Shown piece after piece: positions 60,701 through 64,000 of a stretch of 64,000 bases of DNA. How positions within the stretch are numbered: position 1 is the stretch's first letter; each line of letters begins with the position of its first letter. Under the pieces are notes generated by a model. The model searched no databases and had not been told where the DNA came from. It was given only the letters and a program-made list of their open reading frames with translations. The translations under genes and the position numbers were made by a program. This stretch comes from Amoebophrya sp. A120 (taxonomy: Eukaryota; Protista; Dinoflagellata): positions 11,200,634-11,264,633 of the forward strand of contig CAJINV010000002.1 of NCBI GenBank assembly GCA_905178155.1. Direction: 5' to 3'.

Positions 60701-62513
60701 GCACTGGCGCAAGCGCAGGACAGAACGCGGGGCGCGTCGTTTGCGCTCTTGCTTTCCAAGCCGTGCGCGGCCTCGCTCCGGCGCGTCGGAGGTCGCGCGC
60801 AAGCAAATGCAAAACCTCGCGCGCCGAGAAGAAGCGCGCCAGAAAGGTAAAAAAAACGAGACACGATGGGGGGAAGTCGCTGAAGAATAGCCGGGGAAAT
60901 CTGTTCTAGATTTCTTTCTGAAATCTGTACGGATATTGATAAATATTCTTGAACTTTCGGACCCCCGCGCCCCCTTTGAATCTTCTCAAAAAAAACGAAG
61001 GGCGCGCCGGACATTCTTCTCAAGAGAAAAAGAGCGGGCGCGAGAAAGTTGAGGAATTATTAGCACGACCCACAGCATTTTTCGGATTCAACAAGGGGTC
61101 CGGGGACGCACTCCCATTTGTTTAGTAATATTTATCGACATCCGTACGGAATTCAGAAAGAAATCTAGAACAGATTTCCGCGGCTATTCTGCAGCGACCT
61201 CCTCCCATCGTTGCTCATTTTCCTGCGCTTTTTGCCGCGTCCCTTCTCGGCGCGCGTGGTTTTGCATTTGCTTACGCGCGACCTCCGGCGCGCCGCACTA
61301 GTAGAGCGCTACTCTAAGGGGAGCCGCGTGGTCTCTCGCGAAGAAGAGCGAGGACCCTCCTCTACTTCAAATAGATTATCTTTTTGAAGACGAAGACTAT
61401 CCGACCCGTGAAGCAGATCTTATTCTTCTCGCGGATCGTCCTCCTCTTCAGGAAGTAAGATCATCTTTCAGAAGAAGAGGATCTTCCTACTCGTGTAGAA
61501 GATCTGCTTCTTCTCGAGGATCGTCTTCTTCTTCAAAAAGAAGAAGATCTTCCTCTTCGTGAAGCCCAAAGCGCGCCATGCGCTCCTGCAGAACTTTATC
61601 CCCGACGGCGTGATGCGTCGGGGGCGCAAAAAAAGCCAACGAATCTGCCGGCTCGCGTTAAAATGGTTGGCAGGTCTGGCATGCCAGACCTGCCAACCCA
61701 AAAACAAAAAAAGAAGAATTTTGATTCTTCTTTTTTTTCTTTTGGGTTGGCAGGTCTGGCATGCCAGACCTGCCAACCATTTTAACGCGAGCCGGCAGAT
61801 TCGTTGGCTTTTTTTGCGCCCCCGACGCATCACGCCGTCGGGGATAAAGTTCTGCAGGAGCGCATGGCGCGCTTTGGGCTTCACGAAGAGGAAGATCTTC
61901 TTCTTTTTGAAGAAGAAGACGATCCTCGAGAAGAAGCAGATCTTCTACACGAGTAGGAAGATCCTCTTCTTCTGAAAGATGATCTTACTTCCTGAAGAGG
62001 AGGACGATCCGCGAGAAGAATAAGATCTGCTTCACGGGTCGGATAGTCTTCGTCTTCAAAAAGATAATCTATTTGAAGTAGAGGAGGGTCCTCGCTCTTC
62101 TTCGCGAGAGACCACGCGGCTCCCCTTAGAGTAGCGCTCTACTAGTGCGGCGCGCCGGAGGTCGCGCGTAAGCAAATGCAAAACCACGCGCGCCGAGAAG
62201 GGACGCGGCAAAAAGCGCAGGAAAATGAGCAACGATGGGAGGAGGTCGCTGCAGAATAGCCGCGGAAATCTGTTCTAGATTTCTTTCTGAATTCCGTACG
62301 GATGTCGATAAATATTACTAAACAAATGGGAGTGCGTCCCCGGACCCCTTGTTGAATCCGAAAAATGCTGTGGGTCGTGCTAATAATTCCTCAACTTTCT
62401 CGCGCCCGCTCTTTTTCTCTTGAGAAGAATGTCCGGCGCGCCCTTCGTTTTTTTTGAGAAGATTCAAAGGGGGCGCGGGGGTCCGAAAGTTCAAGAATAT
62501 TTATCAATATCCG
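57747..62513. repeat. Palindromic concatemer: 1138-bp unit in alternating orientation (2276-bp period, two periods plus one extra 215-bp module)
   Basis: Symmetry centres fall at 58307.5, 59445.5, 60583.5 and 61721.5, shown by mirror-image ORFs in the track. Layout: M(+) 57747-57961, foldback A 57962-58653, M(-) 58654-58868, foldback B 58869-60022, M(+) 60023-60237, A, M(-) 60930-61144, B, M(+) 62299-62513. Confidence 0.95.
58255..58360. repeat. 106-bp cruciform cassette: two copies of the 26-bp perfect palindrome GGCAGGTCTGGCATGCCAGACCTGCC around an imperfect A/T hairpin (also at 59393-59498, 60531-60636, 61669-61774)
   Basis: Read directly at all four symmetry centres. Confidence 0.95.
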
Positions 62514-64000
62514 ATTGTACATGGAAACATTTTTCTGGCTGCAGACGAGATAACGTCACAACTGCACCATATTTGTATCATTCATTTCCAAGCTTTCTAC
62601 ATCGCCAGAAAGACCGCGGCGCAGCAGTATATCAAGAGGATTTAATTCGCCAGAATTCATCTTGGGGACGCTCTTTAACGTAGTATCGCGCTGGCGTTAC
62701 ATCGCTTGGCGAGGTACAATTCTCGAAGGACGAGCACAGCTATCTGGTTGAAGAAAAATACTTACGCCGCATCTGATGCTGACATCTTGATCTTGGAAAA
62801 ACAAACAGCATAAAGCTTGCGCTTCACTGTCATTTGAGTCTTACTATTGTGTATACAGTTACAGGAAAACAATACCATCATCATTTGTATTGACTTTTGA
62901 CTTTATTGCCTTTGTGTTTTTTCTGTGGCAGCATCATCATGCCTCTGAGTCTGACTTTTATAGCGTTACTTCTTCCGACGTATAAATATTCATCTGTTTT
63001 TTGCTTCGCGATTTCTGTACTAGTACTATGATCTTACACGCAGCGCAGCTGTAGTTGCTGTTGAGGCTACTTCGGCTGCCCCTCATTAGGTTTTATATGG
63101 TGAAATTGTAATCATGCTGGTATAGAGCTCCGGATTGCACCTGCGCCTACGTCCGCTCTCTACGTGTCGGAGTTCGGTGGATGAGCGTCTGCAGTGTGAC
63201 AGCTCAAAAGTTGCGTATTCACGTTCTTCTTGTGTTTCACCAGCTTCTGCAGGCTTGATTGATTTGTTGCACTTTACTGCTTCTAGAGCAGGAGGGTCGG
63301 CGGCGTCGTGGTCGTTGTGGGAATCAACTCATTCTGGCAATCTCTGACCAGGTGCACAGCGCCCATCCATCCGTCCACTATCCTGCGAAAAAACGTTTCA
63401 TCCGCCCCATTCTCGTAGTCAATAGACAAGATCAAGAATGAAATCATTCTGCAGAAGTATACGACTCGGGCTGGCCTCGGTGAATGTCAAGAAGAAGGTT
63501 GACAAATACAAATTTGCTCTCTTCTGTAGAATAGAAGTGCTAATAGATTGGTATGTAGTGATCGCCATTTGCACCCTGACCTAAGGCACATATTGAAGAT
63601 GATACTAGCAATTATAAAAGAGCTAAAACAAAAATAGCACACTGCGCAGTCGTGGATATGACCGAGGACTGTTTCCACCAGGGTCCCTCTGATGGGCGTG
63701 GGGCGGGGACGTTTTTGAGTAGAATATCCGGACATCGCTCGTTTGCCGATTGACAGGCGTCGCAGACGGTGCCCACAGTGCAAGCCTGCACGGCCGGACT
63801 TATTTGCCTACAACTCCCAGTATGCAACATAAATTTGCCGCACATGGCTTTGAAAATACAACATCTTTGTGAGACTGCATTTTTTTGCTCATCTCGTTCA
63901 CGTAGTACAAAAAAAGAACAATATGGATTTCGATTTGGATGCTTATGCTCCTCCACCTCCTAGTCCTAGTCTGGTCATAGAAGTACAAGTTTTCCACTTG

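Noticed and set aside
58255-61774. CRISPR-like array (palindromic repeat with spacers)
   Set aside because: The context is eukaryotic, the spacers are repeated rather than unique, the spacing is wrong, and there are no cas genes.
57868-62683. ORFs of 110-184 aa in the palindromic array
   Set aside because: They are mirror-image products of the DNA symmetry, mostly start at non-ATG codons, and carry no Rep, recombinase or transposase motif.
1-64000. tRNA, rRNA or snRNA genes
   Set aside because: None recognisable by eye. A covariance-model search (tRNAscan-SE, Infernal/Rfam) would be needed to exclude them.

Overview
Eukaryotic, intron-rich DNA. The many non-GT-AG introns built from inverted plus direct repeats point to a syndinian dinoflagellate such as Amoebophrya; this is an inference, not a database result. 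Host genes are a secreted coiled-coil protein (0.4-4.4 kb), a large Ala/Lys/Glu-rich membrane-anchored protein (9-13.3 kb), an SLC43/FMP42-like MFS transporter (15.5-18.3 kb), a large minus-strand gene (47.4-53.4 kb) and a secreted Cys-containing protein (54.9-57.1 kb). Three things stand out. (1) A giant intronless retroelement ORF (27442-44330; about 3852 aa once a 5.2-kb duplication across an N-gap is collapsed). Its order is Gag-like/Zn, protease, RT palm/thumb, RNase H, RT fingers, unknown domain, integrase, ExoIII-type AP endonuclease. The reverse transcriptase therefore looks permuted or split, and no LTRs are visible. (2) A 4767-bp non-coding palindromic concatemer (57747-62513): a 1138-bp unit in alternating orientation, joined by flip/flop cruciform cassettes and bounded by a 215-bp module with terminal inverted repeats. 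(3) At least ten introner-like introns with TAT...ATA termini and 5-6-bp direct repeats, most of them carrying a shared internal motif. There are three 100-N assembly gaps.
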